Positions 31,051 to 39,949 of a stretch of DNA of 62,137 bases are shown here, piece after piece (position 1 is the first letter of the stretch; every line of letters begins with the position of its first letter). The notes beneath the pieces were generated by a model. That model saw nothing but the letters and a program-made list of their open reading frames with translations. It had not been told where the DNA came from and ran no database searches. The stretch is taken from positions 1 to 62,137 of the IMG/VR virus record IMGVR_UViG_3300016472_000394. One strand, written 5' to 3'. The stretch comes from a virus. Its lineage: Duplodnaviria > Caudoviricetes. Position numbers and translations under genes: made by a program.

Positions 31051-31771
31051 AATACCTTTCTACATTATGGTTTAATCTAAGAATACCATTTTTGGTATAA
31101 TCTTTATTTAATTCAACAAACATAATTTTCATTTTTCCTATAACTCGTGTAATGTATTGTGTACTCACACCCGTTCTATCTCTTATAAGTATATAAAGAG
31201 CCTTTTTATTATATGAGTATAAATCCGCTCTATTTCTAAATAATTCATTTACCGAATCGGCTATTCTTCTATCCCTATCTTTTACAAAAATTTTATTTAA
31301 ATTATTGTCGACATAATCAACAAAAAAATTCATAAAATCGGATTTTTCTGTAACATAATCATTTTGAGCAACCTCACGCAAAACATTCCTACTCAAATCA
31401 ACAGAATCTAACCCCTCATGAATTTTCATTTTCGTATAATTTGCATTATTTTCATTAAACAAAAAATTGCGGGCTATAACAGTAAAATAAGAAAATGCTT
31501 TTCCTTTCTCCCCCTTAAACTTATGCATTTTTTCGTTTAAAAACGCAATAACAGATGCCTTTGTATCTTCATACCCATCATCAAAATAATAAGTTTTATA
31601 AGTATGTATTACATTTTCAGTTAATTTATCAAATGGGTATTTTATAAATCTATTATAGATTTTATTTTTTAAGTGCATATCATCACAATTATTATAAGCA
31701 TTTATTGCTATTTCAGTTATATTTGTGAAATATCTATTACTAGTTGATGGGTTCTTCTTTCGTCTCACCAT
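31037..31771 (-). CDS. Phage RNA polymerase sigma factor (late, gp55-like)
   Basis: KF...KGKAFSYFTVIARNFL region-2-like motif, C-terminal HTH-like segment. Confidence 0.65.
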   Translation of the reverse strand: MVRRKKNPSTSNRYFTNITEIAINAYNNCDDMHLKNKIYNRFIKYPFDKLTENVIHTYKTYYFDDGYEDTKASVIAFLNEKMHKFKGEKGKAFSYFTVIARNFLFNENNANYTKMKIHEGLDSVDLSRNVLREVAQNDYVTEKSDFMNFFVDYVDNNLNKIFVKDRDRRIADSVNELFRNRADLYSYNKKALYILIRDRTGVSTQYITRVIGKMKIMFVELNKDYTKNGILRLNHNVERYYDEG

Positions 31772-32051
31772 AATATTTATCCAATTCTTCTATTATACTA
31801 TACATTTCTTTAAACACATAACCCGTCTCATCATCCGCCTGAAACGCTCCTATTCTATCTAATGATTTCATCTTTTCCATAGAATTTTGGATTTTTTCAT
31901 CCATTAACTGAATTACTTTTTGGGTTTCGGTGTATTGTTTTTCCATCTCTTCAAAATCATCATCTGCCATTTCTAATTTCCTCAAAAGATTCCAAACAAA
32001 AAACCCTAACCCAATATCAGTTAAAAATAATAAAATTAAAATTGTAACCAT
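31740..32051 (-). CDS. Small membrane-anchored coiled-coil protein
   Basis: N-terminal TM helix followed by coiled coil. Confidence 0.6.
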   Translation of the reverse strand: MVTILILLFLTDIGLGFFVWNLLRKLEMADDDFEEMEKQYTETQKVIQLMDEKIQNSMEKMKSLDRIGAFQADDETGYVFKEMYSIIEELDKYYGETKEEPIN

Positions 32052-32055
32052 AGTA

Positions 32056-32856
32056 TTAATCCTCCATTATATCTTTGAACGCATCAAACACCAAATCTAC
32101 TTTCGGTCTTTCGGCTTCAGTTTTATCAGACATTATTTTTTCAAATTTTGATAAATTTTTACCAGGTGTTTGAATTGTATTTCGTGTTCCCTTTAATTTC
32201 TTACCCTCATTAACCCACCTATTATATTCATACTTTGAAGCCATAAAATCAGCCTGATGTAGGATATAGGGTAAAAATGTTTTTAATTGATTTTCAGCCT
32301 GAAGTGTTTTATAATAACTTTCGGTGGTAGAATCGTATAATCCATCAGTTAATCTAATAGCAAGATATTCTTCTTCACTACAACTTATTCCAAAGTGATT
32401 TAACAAAAAGAAAGTTCTATCATGAAATTCCATCCAATGTAAATTTGGGTTTGATTTATAAATTTTTCCCTGATTTTTTACATGCCACTCGGAATCGTTC
32501 TTTTTATACCAATCCTCATTAACCGAACCAACTTTTCCTAAATCATGATGAATTGCCGAAAATACAATTGCTTCTCTTGTAACATCTTCAGTAACCATAT
32601 CCAACTCTTTCCACAAATCAAACACTTTCAAAGCGTTTCTTGTTACCCTTAAAATATGGTCAATATAACCACCAGGAAAAGCATTGTGAAAATGCTCAAA
32701 AGATGAAGCAGGGGTATAAATAATCCTTTCTTCTAAATGGTCATACATTTTGTTTAGGGCATCTAATCGTTCGCCACTAAATTCCTGATTCAATAGTTTT
32801 CTAAACTTTTTGTAGTTTTCCAGCAATTCTTCTGGAGTAAAAAAATCAAAATACAT
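32056..32856 (-). CDS. HD-domain phosphohydrolase (YhaM-like)
   Basis: PASS..HFHNAFPGGYIDH...IHHDLGK...HQAD. Confidence 0.85.
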   Translation of the reverse strand: MYFDFFTPEELLENYKKFRKLLNQEFSGERLDALNKMYDHLEERIIYTPASSFEHFHNAFPGGYIDHILRVTRNALKVFDLWKELDMVTEDVTREAIVFSAIHHDLGKVGSVNEDWYKKNDSEWHVKNQGKIYKSNPNLHWMEFHDRTFFLLNHFGISCSEEEYLAIRLTDGLYDSTTESYYKTLQAENQLKTFLPYILHQADFMASKYEYNRWVNEGKKLKGTRNTIQTPGKNLSKFEKIMSDKTEAERPKVDLVFDAFKDIMED

Positions 32857-32858
32857 AA

Positions 32859-33485
32859 TTAAATAATTTTATCAATAATACCCAATTCTAACGCTTCTTT
32901 GGATGATAGAAACAAATCCGATTGTTGATTTGATGTCCACCACTCTTTTGGTTTTTTTGTAAATTCACCCATTAAAGTATTACATTCATCCTCTAATTGG
33001 TCTGCAAACTTTGCATTTGATTTTACATCACTCAATTTACCGGAAGCGAATGTAGATAATTGATGAACCATAATTTTTGAATGCTTTGATGCGGTTCTAA
33101 CACCCGTACCTGCTGCTAATAATAGTGCTGCTGCGGACATTGCAATACCCCTACAAACAATATTAAATTTAATATCCGTTTGAGTTCTAATATAATCAAT
33201 TATTGCAAGTGTTTCTACAACATCACCACCACCTGAATTAAGTAAAATTGTAATTACTTTAAGTTCAGGGGTTATTTTTTTAAGTAATCTTACTTTAGAA
33301 ACAAAATCAGCCAACAAACCCATTTGAATTTCATCATGAATTATAATGATATTATCTTTAATATCAATACCATAATCAAACTCTCTAAAATGTTGTTTGT
33401 ATGGATCATCCGAATCAGTATTACTTTTAGTTTCATAACTCACATTCTTTATTTTTTCACTTGTGAGTGTGTATAATTCATCCAT
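32859..33485 (-). CDS. clpP: ClpP-like serine protease
   Basis: LNSGGGDV, GIAMSAAA (Ser), MVHQ (His), DLFLSSKEALELGIID. Confidence 0.88.
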   Translation of the reverse strand: MDELYTLTSEKIKNVSYETKSNTDSDDPYKQHFREFDYGIDIKDNIIIIHDEIQMGLLADFVSKVRLLKKITPELKVITILLNSGGGDVVETLAIIDYIRTQTDIKFNIVCRGIAMSAAALLLAAGTGVRTASKHSKIMVHQLSTFASGKLSDVKSNAKFADQLEDECNTLMGEFTKKPKEWWTSNQQSDLFLSSKEALELGIIDKII

Positions 33486-33544
33486 AGTATATAATTTAAT
33501 TAAATTTAATGTAATATATGAAAAAAAAGGTTATAATCCAAATT

Positions 33545-34591
33545 TTATCGCCTATATCTATCAGCACCAGTTACTTTATAAGTATGTGTTGGAGGTGGAG
33601 GTGGATTTGATTTTTCTTTTTCATTATATAAATCAATACCTTCTTCGGTTGTTGGTTCAAATACCACATCAGGCTTTTCTTCAATTGGAGTTTCAATTTT
33701 AGATTTAACCTCTTCTTCAACCACTTCCTCTTTTTCAATAAACTTTAAATCTTCTAATGAAGCAATTTCAAGTTCTTCATCTTTTACTGAAATAGTTTTT
33801 TGGATATTTTCTTTTAATTGTTTTACAAGTTTATTTAGAGCAATAACCATTGCGATTGCAAGTGGGTCAAATACCAATACAATTAATAAAGTAAACCAAT
33901 TTACAATTTTATCCATACCCCATCCAGTTAATTTATCCAAATATCTTAATGGACCTATTTCAGCAGAAACATCATTATTGGATTCCTTATCCAAAATAAC
34001 TAAATCCAAAGATGTCAATGAGTCATTCATCGCCTCTATTTTTAAGGTTAATTCATCCCTTTGATTAATAGCAGTTTTTAACTCAGAACTCAAAACCCTT
34101 CTTTGTGAAACCGCTCCTCGTTCTGTTAATGAGTTATTACTTGCCAACCCACCTCTAAGTGATGATATGGATGCTTCCAACATTCTTTTTTCTTGATTGT
34201 AATCCGCAAGTTGTTCTTTAAATCTGGTTCTTTTAATATCCACCACACCAACTTCTTTGTTTAGAATATTAAACTTATCACTCGTAGTTTGATATGCTGA
34301 TGTTAAAAAACCATATATACCCAATGATGTAATCAACATAAGAACTACAACTGCTGTTGTTAAATACCACTTTAACCAACCAATAGTTTTCCAATAATTA
34401 TGTAGGTAGGATGCTAAAATTAATTTAGCAAATTCCAAAGAACCTGCCATAATCATAACTTCAGTTTTGGCTCCAGCAAACAAAGAACTTAATCCAAAAA
34501 CAGAATAGTATGCAGCAGAGCCGGCAAGGCTGAATGTTGATAAAATCATTAAAGTTATAAACCCATTTTTTCTCGTAAAAAATTTTTTCAT
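33545..34591 (-). CDS. Multi-pass membrane protein with coiled coil
   Basis: Three N-terminal TM segments, coiled coil, EIGPL.Y...LVFDPLAI TM segment. Confidence 0.65.
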   Translation of the reverse strand: MKKFFTRKNGFITLMILSTFSLAGSAAYYSVFGLSSLFAGAKTEVMIMAGSLEFAKLILASYLHNYWKTIGWLKWYLTTAVVVLMLITSLGIYGFLTSAYQTTSDKFNILNKEVGVVDIKRTRFKEQLADYNQEKRMLEASISSLRGGLASNNSLTERGAVSQRRVLSSELKTAINQRDELTLKIEAMNDSLTSLDLVILDKESNNDVSAEIGPLRYLDKLTGWGMDKIVNWFTLLIVLVFDPLAIAMVIALNKLVKQLKENIQKTISVKDEELEIASLEDLKFIEKEEVVEEEVKSKIETPIEEKPDVVFEPTTEEGIDLYNEKEKSNPPPPPTHTYKVTGADRYRR

Positions 34592-34733
34592 ATTTTTCTC
34601 AAATTTTTAACTTTACTAACTTTCCCGTTTGTATTTATTATCAAAACCTATTTTGTTAAAAAGGTTACTTGGTTAAATAAGTAACTTGTTAATATGAAAT
34701 AAATATAAAAAAATGATAATAAGTACATAACGG

Positions 34734-35627
34734 TTAATTATGCCCATACTTATTCAAGTAATTAAGAACCGCTAATTCTTTCATTTTTGCTTCAACCTCA
34801 ATATCCAAATCATATCCATAAGTATTAATCTTATCAAAAATATAATCGGAATGGGCTTGTGGTATTTTACCAATTGCTGATTCGGAATAATGAACCACAG
34901 GCTTAATACCCTTCGGCCAAGTTGACATGGCCATTTCCAATGCTTCTTTCTCCGATAAATCTCCTGTACAAAACTTGTGGTGGTGATAATCAAATACAAT
35001 TGGAATTCCAATTTGTTTGTGTATATACATCAGGTCTTTTACTGAATACATACTACCCTTATCATCATTTTCTACTGTCAGCCTGGTTTTAACTGAATCA
35101 GGTAACCTATCAAAGTTTCGGCAGAATCTATCCATCGCTGAAATCTTATCCCCATAGACACCATTACAATGTATGTTAATTACATTATAAGGAGTTCTAC
35201 TCAAGCCCATAAGGTCAAACACCTCACCATGCAGAGAAAGGTCATTTATGGTGTTTAGAACTACCTTTTCGTTTGGTGAAACGAGTACATTAAAGGGGCC
35301 AGGATGAGACGTAATTCGTTGTCCATAGTTGGACACCAATACTCCAATATCTTTCAACAGATTCGATATAGTGGTGAAATGAGGCATGGTTGATAATTCG
35401 TACTCAGATGACCAGGGGAATAAATTAGAAGTGGTTCTAAATAGTTTTATACCCTGCTGCTCATTCCATTTAATTATTTCTAAAAGATCTTTGGTGTTTT
35501 GTAAACCCAACTCAGATGCTCTATTAATACCCTCTTTTAAGAAGGTCTTTTTAATCATACCCCTATTTGTGGTAATCTTTTTCTTGCCCAATGTCATATT
35601 GATGCAAGCGTATCCTAAATTTGTCAT
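34734..35627 (-). CDS. uvsE: UV damage endonuclease (UvsE/UVDE)
   Basis: LGYACIN, SHPGPF, NIHCNG, TVENDD, FDYHHH, HYSES, AHSD, EVEAKMKE. Confidence 0.93.
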   Translation of the reverse strand: MTNLGYACINMTLGKKKITTNRGMIKKTFLKEGINRASELGLQNTKDLLEIIKWNEQQGIKLFRTTSNLFPWSSEYELSTMPHFTTISNLLKDIGVLVSNYGQRITSHPGPFNVLVSPNEKVVLNTINDLSLHGEVFDLMGLSRTPYNVINIHCNGVYGDKISAMDRFCRNFDRLPDSVKTRLTVENDDKGSMYSVKDLMYIHKQIGIPIVFDYHHHKFCTGDLSEKEALEMAMSTWPKGIKPVVHYSESAIGKIPQAHSDYIFDKINTYGYDLDIEVEAKMKELAVLNYLNKYGHN

Positions 35628-35652
35628 AATAAGTTTTTAATTTTTATTTTTT

Positions 35653-35687
35653 AATCAAAGATAATTATAAAATCCCAAAGTTCCAAA
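35653..35687 (-). promoter_or_regulatory. Bacteroidota-type sigma70 promoter
   Basis: TTTGG...TATCTTTG upstream of uvsE. Confidence 0.55.
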
Positions 35688-35709
35688 TTATTTTGGGAGA
35701 AATAAATTT

Positions 35710-36711
35710 TTATATATCAAATGGGGTATAACTAAAAGTTATATTTAATACTGAAGAGCATTTAGTATTTACAATAGATTTTAAGTTTGCTTCAAATGTA
35801 CTCAAAGATTTAAACTTTCGTAGTTCACCACCATAAACGAAATTTAATTTACCGCATTTTTCTAATACATCAATTTTATTAAAAATCAAGTTGGTTACAC
35901 CATTTATATTGATTGCTTTAATAAGTAAATCTACATCTAACCAATTTATCTGCCTACTTCTACCGGTGGTAGCACCATATTCGTTTCCCAATTCTCTTAT
36001 TTTAGCAAATATTTCATCTTCTCCTTCAAATGTTTTAGCACCCACATAAGTTCTATATGCTTTTGCTACACCATACACTTTTCTAATTTTTTGTGGTGGA
36101 ACTCCATTTAATATAGCAGAACCAACTGTACAATGAGATGAGGTTACATATGGGTAATCTCCCCAATCAATATCTAATTCAAATCCTTGAGCACCTTCAA
36201 ATAAAATTTTAGATGGGTCTGAATTATGTAATTCCTCATAAATATCAATTATGAATTTAGAATCCAATTTATCACCAGCTCTAATTCCCTTTCTTGCATA
36301 CTTATCTCTATACGCAGGTCCATTACCGGTTTTGGTTGTTCCAATATCAGTATCTTTTTGGTCTTCCATCAGGTGTTCAAGCTGAATTAAATGAACTCTT
36401 TTATCAATATGCAGGTAATCGGACACATTAATACCATTATCTTCTAACTCCCCCCACTCTTTGCATAAATCTATAAAATTAACTACACAACCAGGACCTA
36501 TAATTGATTTTATTCCATAAAATACACCGACGGGTATGTAGTGGGTTACAAATTTTTTCCCTTTATGATAAACGGTATGACCGGCGTTTCCACCACCATT
36601 ATATCTAATCACATGAGTATATTCACCACTTTTACAAAGTGAATGAGCAACTTTACCTTTACCAGTATCACCTGCTTGTAAATCTACAACTACGTCGGCG
36701 TATTTTATCAT
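35710..36711 (-). CDS. purA: Adenylosuccinate synthetase (short form)
   Basis: QAGDTGKGK, GGGNAGHT, GTTKTGNGPAY, EGAQG...YPYVTSS, EYGATTGR, NKID; start moved to ATG 36711. Confidence 0.9.
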   Translation of the reverse strand: MIKYADVVVDLQAGDTGKGKVAHSLCKSGEYTHVIRYNGGGNAGHTVYHKGKKFVTHYIPVGVFYGIKSIIGPGCVVNFIDLCKEWGELEDNGINVSDYLHIDKRVHLIQLEHLMEDQKDTDIGTTKTGNGPAYRDKYARKGIRAGDKLDSKFIIDIYEELHNSDPSKILFEGAQGFELDIDWGDYPYVTSSHCTVGSAILNGVPPQKIRKVYGVAKAYRTYVGAKTFEGEDEIFAKIRELGNEYGATTGRSRQINWLDVDLLIKAININGVTNLIFNKIDVLEKCGKLNFVYGGELRKFKSLSTFEANLKSIVNTKCSSVLNITFSYTPFDI

Positions 36712-36724
36712 ACATAACTTATTT

Positions 36725-36750
36725 AAAAAATAACCCAAGGGCACGGGTTA
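36725..36750 (-). terminator. Intrinsic terminator-like hairpin after hsp20
   Basis: Minus strand TAACCC-GTGCCCTT-GGGTTA-TTTTTT. Confidence 0.5.
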
Positions 36751-36756
36751 CATAAC

Positions 36757-37173
36757 TTATTTAATTTTCAAACTCTTTGGTTTTGATTCTTCAGCAAATG
36801 GTATTACAATTTTAAGTAAACCATTTTCCATTGTTGCATCTGCTGAATTTAAATCATACTTTCGGGCAACTTTATATCCCAAATTAAAGGAACGTTTTGA
36901 AATACCTTTATGAATATAATTTACCTCATTATTGGTTTCTTCTTTTTTAGAATAGGAAATTCTTAATAGGTCTCCTTCGATATTGATATTAATATCTTCT
37001 TTGGTAAGACCTGTCCCCGCTACCTCAAAACATAAACCATCTTTAGTTTCGTATATATCTACGGGATGCCCAATTTTTACATCCATAGCAGGAGCGAAAT
37101 ACGAATCGCTTGTGAAAAAGTTTTTCACCAAAATATCAAATGGTGAAAATGGAAATTCTTTAATGTGTGTCAT
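36757..37173 (-). CDS. Small heat shock protein (Hsp20/alpha-crystallin)
   Basis: PVDIYET...YIHKGISKRSF...A.MENGLLKIVIP. Confidence 0.92.
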   Translation of the reverse strand: MTHIKEFPFSPFDILVKNFFTSDSYFAPAMDVKIGHPVDIYETKDGLCFEVAGTGLTKEDININIEGDLLRISYSKKEETNNEVNYIHKGISKRSFNLGYKVARKYDLNSADATMENGLLKIVIPFAEESKPKSLKIK

Positions 37174-37295
37174 AATAGTCCTTAAATCTATTTTTAATTG
37201 TTAAACATAATTTTAATTTTGACCCCTTTCGGTAGTCGGTTGTGCCCTCAGGTTATTTTTTTATATGTAATCAAATACCATACCAAATTAATTTT

Positions 37296-37646
37296 TTAGC
37301 TTAATGATATTGGTGGTAATTGTCCCATAACACGCAGAATACATACTATTTTTTTATCGGATTTAATCAAACTAATTTTTTTAAAAATAATGCCATCTAA
37401 CCAAATGGTATTTAAGGTTTCTTTCAAATCTTCCTCTTTGTCGCATTCTATTTTTATAGTATCTAATATTTGGTGCTTATCATTTATTTCATTTACATCA
37501 TCAATGTAATCATCATCCTCATCATCTCCAAACTTATTAAAGAATCCGGAATACATATCTGTAATATAAATTAACTTATCTTTGTTTGATAATGATTGAT
37601 AAAAATCAAAATCATCGATATTCCAAATTACTTTTTCCATATTCAT
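37296..37646 (-). CDS. Hypothetical protein
   Basis: 116-aa ORF in co-directional run. Confidence 0.55.
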   Translation of the reverse strand: MNMEKVIWNIDDFDFYQSLSNKDKLIYITDMYSGFFNKFGDDEDDDYIDDVNEINDKHQILDTIKIECDKEEDLKETLNTIWLDGIIFKKISLIKSDKKIVCILRVMGQLPPISLS

Positions 37647-37652
37647 AAATAG

Positions 37653-38123
37653 TTACATTTTTTTATATTCTTCATTTAACCAATTTAAAGTTTCAATCGA
37701 AATGGCCGTTTTTGTTTCTAACAAATATTCATCCAAAATACAAACAACTTCTTCTAATACTGAATTATTATTGAAATAAGTTTTATTTAGAATTAGTTGT
37801 AATTTATCCCGCATTTGTTTTTTATACAACTCATCAATAATTACATCAGTTTTAAAAAACTTTTTTTTAAGATTCTTTTTTATTAAAGTAAAATATGGTT
37901 CTTTTTTATTTTTTAAAATCTCACAACAATTTTCAATATATTCTGGAAAAGATACATCTTTATTAATTAATAAAGGTTCTTCGTTGGTTAGGTTTAATGC
38001 ACCCGTAGTGTTTTTTTCAGATATTTCAAACCCATTCTCATCAAATTGACCATATCCACCAAACAGCGCATGTTTTATTTTATCAAATTCAGGTGTTGAT
38101 TGGATTGATCCGGTAATATACAT
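37653..38123 (-). CDS. Hypothetical protein
   Basis: 156-aa ORF in co-directional run. Confidence 0.55.
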   Translation of the reverse strand: MYITGSIQSTPEFDKIKHALFGGYGQFDENGFEISEKNTTGALNLTNEEPLLINKDVSFPEYIENCCEILKNKKEPYFTLIKKNLKKKFFKTDVIIDELYKKQMRDKLQLILNKTYFNNNSVLEEVVCILDEYLLETKTAISIETLNWLNEEYKKM

Positions 38124-38127
38124 TTTA

Positions 38128-38436
38128 CTAATTAAAAATATTTAATCTATATTTTTTTTCAACAGTATGTAAAGCCTCTTGTAGTGTTTCTATAATTCTT
38201 TCAATTTCCGACTTAGTAACAATCAATTCGGCGTTACCTATTTTTAAACTACCAATTTCAGTAAATGGTTTTAGTGGATAATCAGTTGGTTTTAACTCTG
38301 GGTTAATTTGTAAATCTATTTGACTATAATTATTACCATTATATTTTTGAGTTTTAGCATCATGTTTTTGGGTGGTAGCAAATGAGTTATTTACAAAACT
38401 TTTAATAGGTGTATTTTTATACTTATTGTTATTCAT
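38128..38436 (-). CDS. Hypothetical protein
   Basis: 102-aa ORF. Confidence 0.55.
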   Translation of the reverse strand: MNNNKYKNTPIKSFVNNSFATTQKHDAKTQKYNGNNYSQIDLQINPELKPTDYPLKPFTEIGSLKIGNAELIVTKSEIERIIETLQEALHTVEKKYRLNIFN

Positions 38437-38483
38437 AACTTTTATATTTAGTTGTTATACATAAATAAGTATATAAAATAAAA

Positions 38484-38789
38484 TTAATTATTGTGTTTTT
38501 TTGACCTTTTATTTCTATTTGATATTCTATCAAATTTAGTTTCATCAAATTCCATAATAACCCTATCGGGATGCGTTCTATTTATATTTTGAGTTGTCCT
38601 AATAGATTCTTTAGCCCAAAACCATGCATCACTTTCATTTTTTTGTGGAGGCATTAGGTTTTCTTCACCAATATACCCATCAATACCATTATATATTTTA
38701 TACAAACCATCCGATGTAATTGTTAATTTGGCTTTTGGATATTTTTTCAATACAAAACTTTTATATAAATTAACTTTGTTGGGTTTCAT
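38484..38789 (-). CDS. Hypothetical protein
   Basis: ORF; start MKPNK preferred to reduce overlap. Confidence 0.55.
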   Translation of the reverse strand: MKPNKVNLYKSFVLKKYPKAKLTITSDGLYKIYNGIDGYIGEENLMPPQKNESDAWFWAKESIRTTQNINRTHPDRVIMEFDETKFDRISNRNKRSKKHNN

Positions 38790-39021
38790 TTTCAGTTGTT
38801 TTGGGATTATAACGTTCATTAAATAATTCGGTCAAACGTTTGTTAATTAAAAACCCATTTGCTACTTCTTTATTTAGAGAGCAATTTTCTATTAATCTGC
38901 CATCTTCAAGTTTTACATCGTATGCGTTACTATTTCTAATTTTGTTTTTAGCAATTATTTTACCAACACACGGTGTTCGGTAAACATTCACAACTATATT
39001 ATCACCAATATTATATACCAT
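38770..39021 (-). CDS. Hypothetical protein (SH3/KOW-like)
   Basis: YNIGDNIVV...GKII...YDVKLEDG. Confidence 0.5.
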   Translation of the reverse strand: MVYNIGDNIVVNVYRTPCVGKIIAKNKIRNSNAYDVKLEDGRLIENCSLNKEVANGFLINKRLTELFNERYNPKTTENETQQS

Positions 39022-39022
39022 A

Positions 39023-39226
39023 TTAATTTCCAATTACATTTAAGATTTTTGTTTGTGTGACTGAACTAACTTCAAACTCCAATGGAGAGCTTTGTAAGAA
39101 TGCCGTAATATGGGCTTCTGCATCAGTAACCGATACTGCTTTTACCAAATACTGCTCAGTATTCTTTTTAATTTTACCATTACCGCTATCAGTTTCAACT
39201 TTTACTTTTACTAAATAGTACATCAT
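39023..39226 (-). CDS. DUF4494-like protein
   Basis: KK.TEQYLVKAVSVTDAEA...FEVSSV..TKI. Confidence 0.7.
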   Translation of the reverse strand: MMYYLVKVKVETDSGNGKIKKNTEQYLVKAVSVTDAEAHITAFLQSSPLEFEVSSVTQTKILNVIGN

Positions 39227-39230
39227 AATT

Positions 39231-39500
39231 TTATTTTTTTAAATTGTTTACAACTTTTTCACATGCTTTATTAAAATTTTCTTTCCCCATCAGGTCTAAC
39301 TTTTTGTGTTGTTCGCTTGATACTTTACCACCATTAATGGCAGCAGAAGCATAAGCAAATCTTTTTAGTTTATAACCGGATAGTTCGGTAGTAAATTGTT
39401 CCATATATTTTGATTTACTATCCAAATATTCAAACAATTCATAATCATTTAATTTTTCTATATCCTCACCGGATAAAGGATTTTTAGGGTCATACATCAT
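39231..39500 (-). CDS. Hypothetical protein
   Basis: About 90-aa ORF. Confidence 0.5.
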   Translation of the reverse strand: MMYDPKNPLSGEDIEKLNDYELFEYLDSKSKYMEQFTTELSGYKLKRFAYASAAINGGKVSSEQHKKLDLMGKENFNKACEKVVNNLKK

Positions 39501-39516
39501 ACACAAATATACAAAA

Positions 39517-39942
39517 TTATTTTTTAAGTTCCAAACTTTTTTGATAGTAATAATTATATAATTCTTCTAAATCCATTGGTTCTTCATTCATCATCTCATC
39601 CCACATATCAACCCCAAATTTTTTGTGAAGTTCTGTGCGGAGAGAATTCAATATGCGAATTTCATCTAACTCACCCTCAAACTCAAGCTTTAAAGCACGA
39701 ACCCTATGCATTTTACCAGCATCAAGAGCACTTTGCCTTCTGGATGATTCATCACGCCCACCATACTTTTTATAAGCATTATCATATGCTTTTTTAGCAT
39801 TCTCTCTTGCTTTAATAGCATCTATAAAAAATTGTGATATATCAAAATCACCATTTTGTATCTTATCAAATAGGTGGGAGTTTTGAGAAAGAGGCCGTTT
39901 TTTCGGCCCCCGTCTCCACCACTTAAATTTATTATATCCCAT
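39517..39942 (-). CDS. Hypothetical protein
   Basis: Start MGYNKFKWW chosen just after the AAA gene stop. Confidence 0.55.
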   Translation of the reverse strand: MGYNKFKWWRRGPKKRPLSQNSHLFDKIQNGDFDISQFFIDAIKARENAKKAYDNAYKKYGGRDESSRRQSALDAGKMHRVRALKLEFEGELDEIRILNSLRTELHKKFGVDMWDEMMNEEPMDLEELYNYYYQKSLELKK

Positions 39943-39949
39943 ATTAATT

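Noticed and set aside
35710-36711. PurZ / 2-aminoadenine (Z) genome pathway
   Set aside because: Catalytic Asp (GDTGKG) and the GTP motif NKID are PurA-type; PurZ has Ser at that position. No adjacent DatZ/MazZ pair is evident
36725-37261. IS/MITE terminal inverted repeats around hsp20
   Set aside because: No transposase or target-site duplication seen, and the mismatches are G-U compatible, which favours an RNA helix
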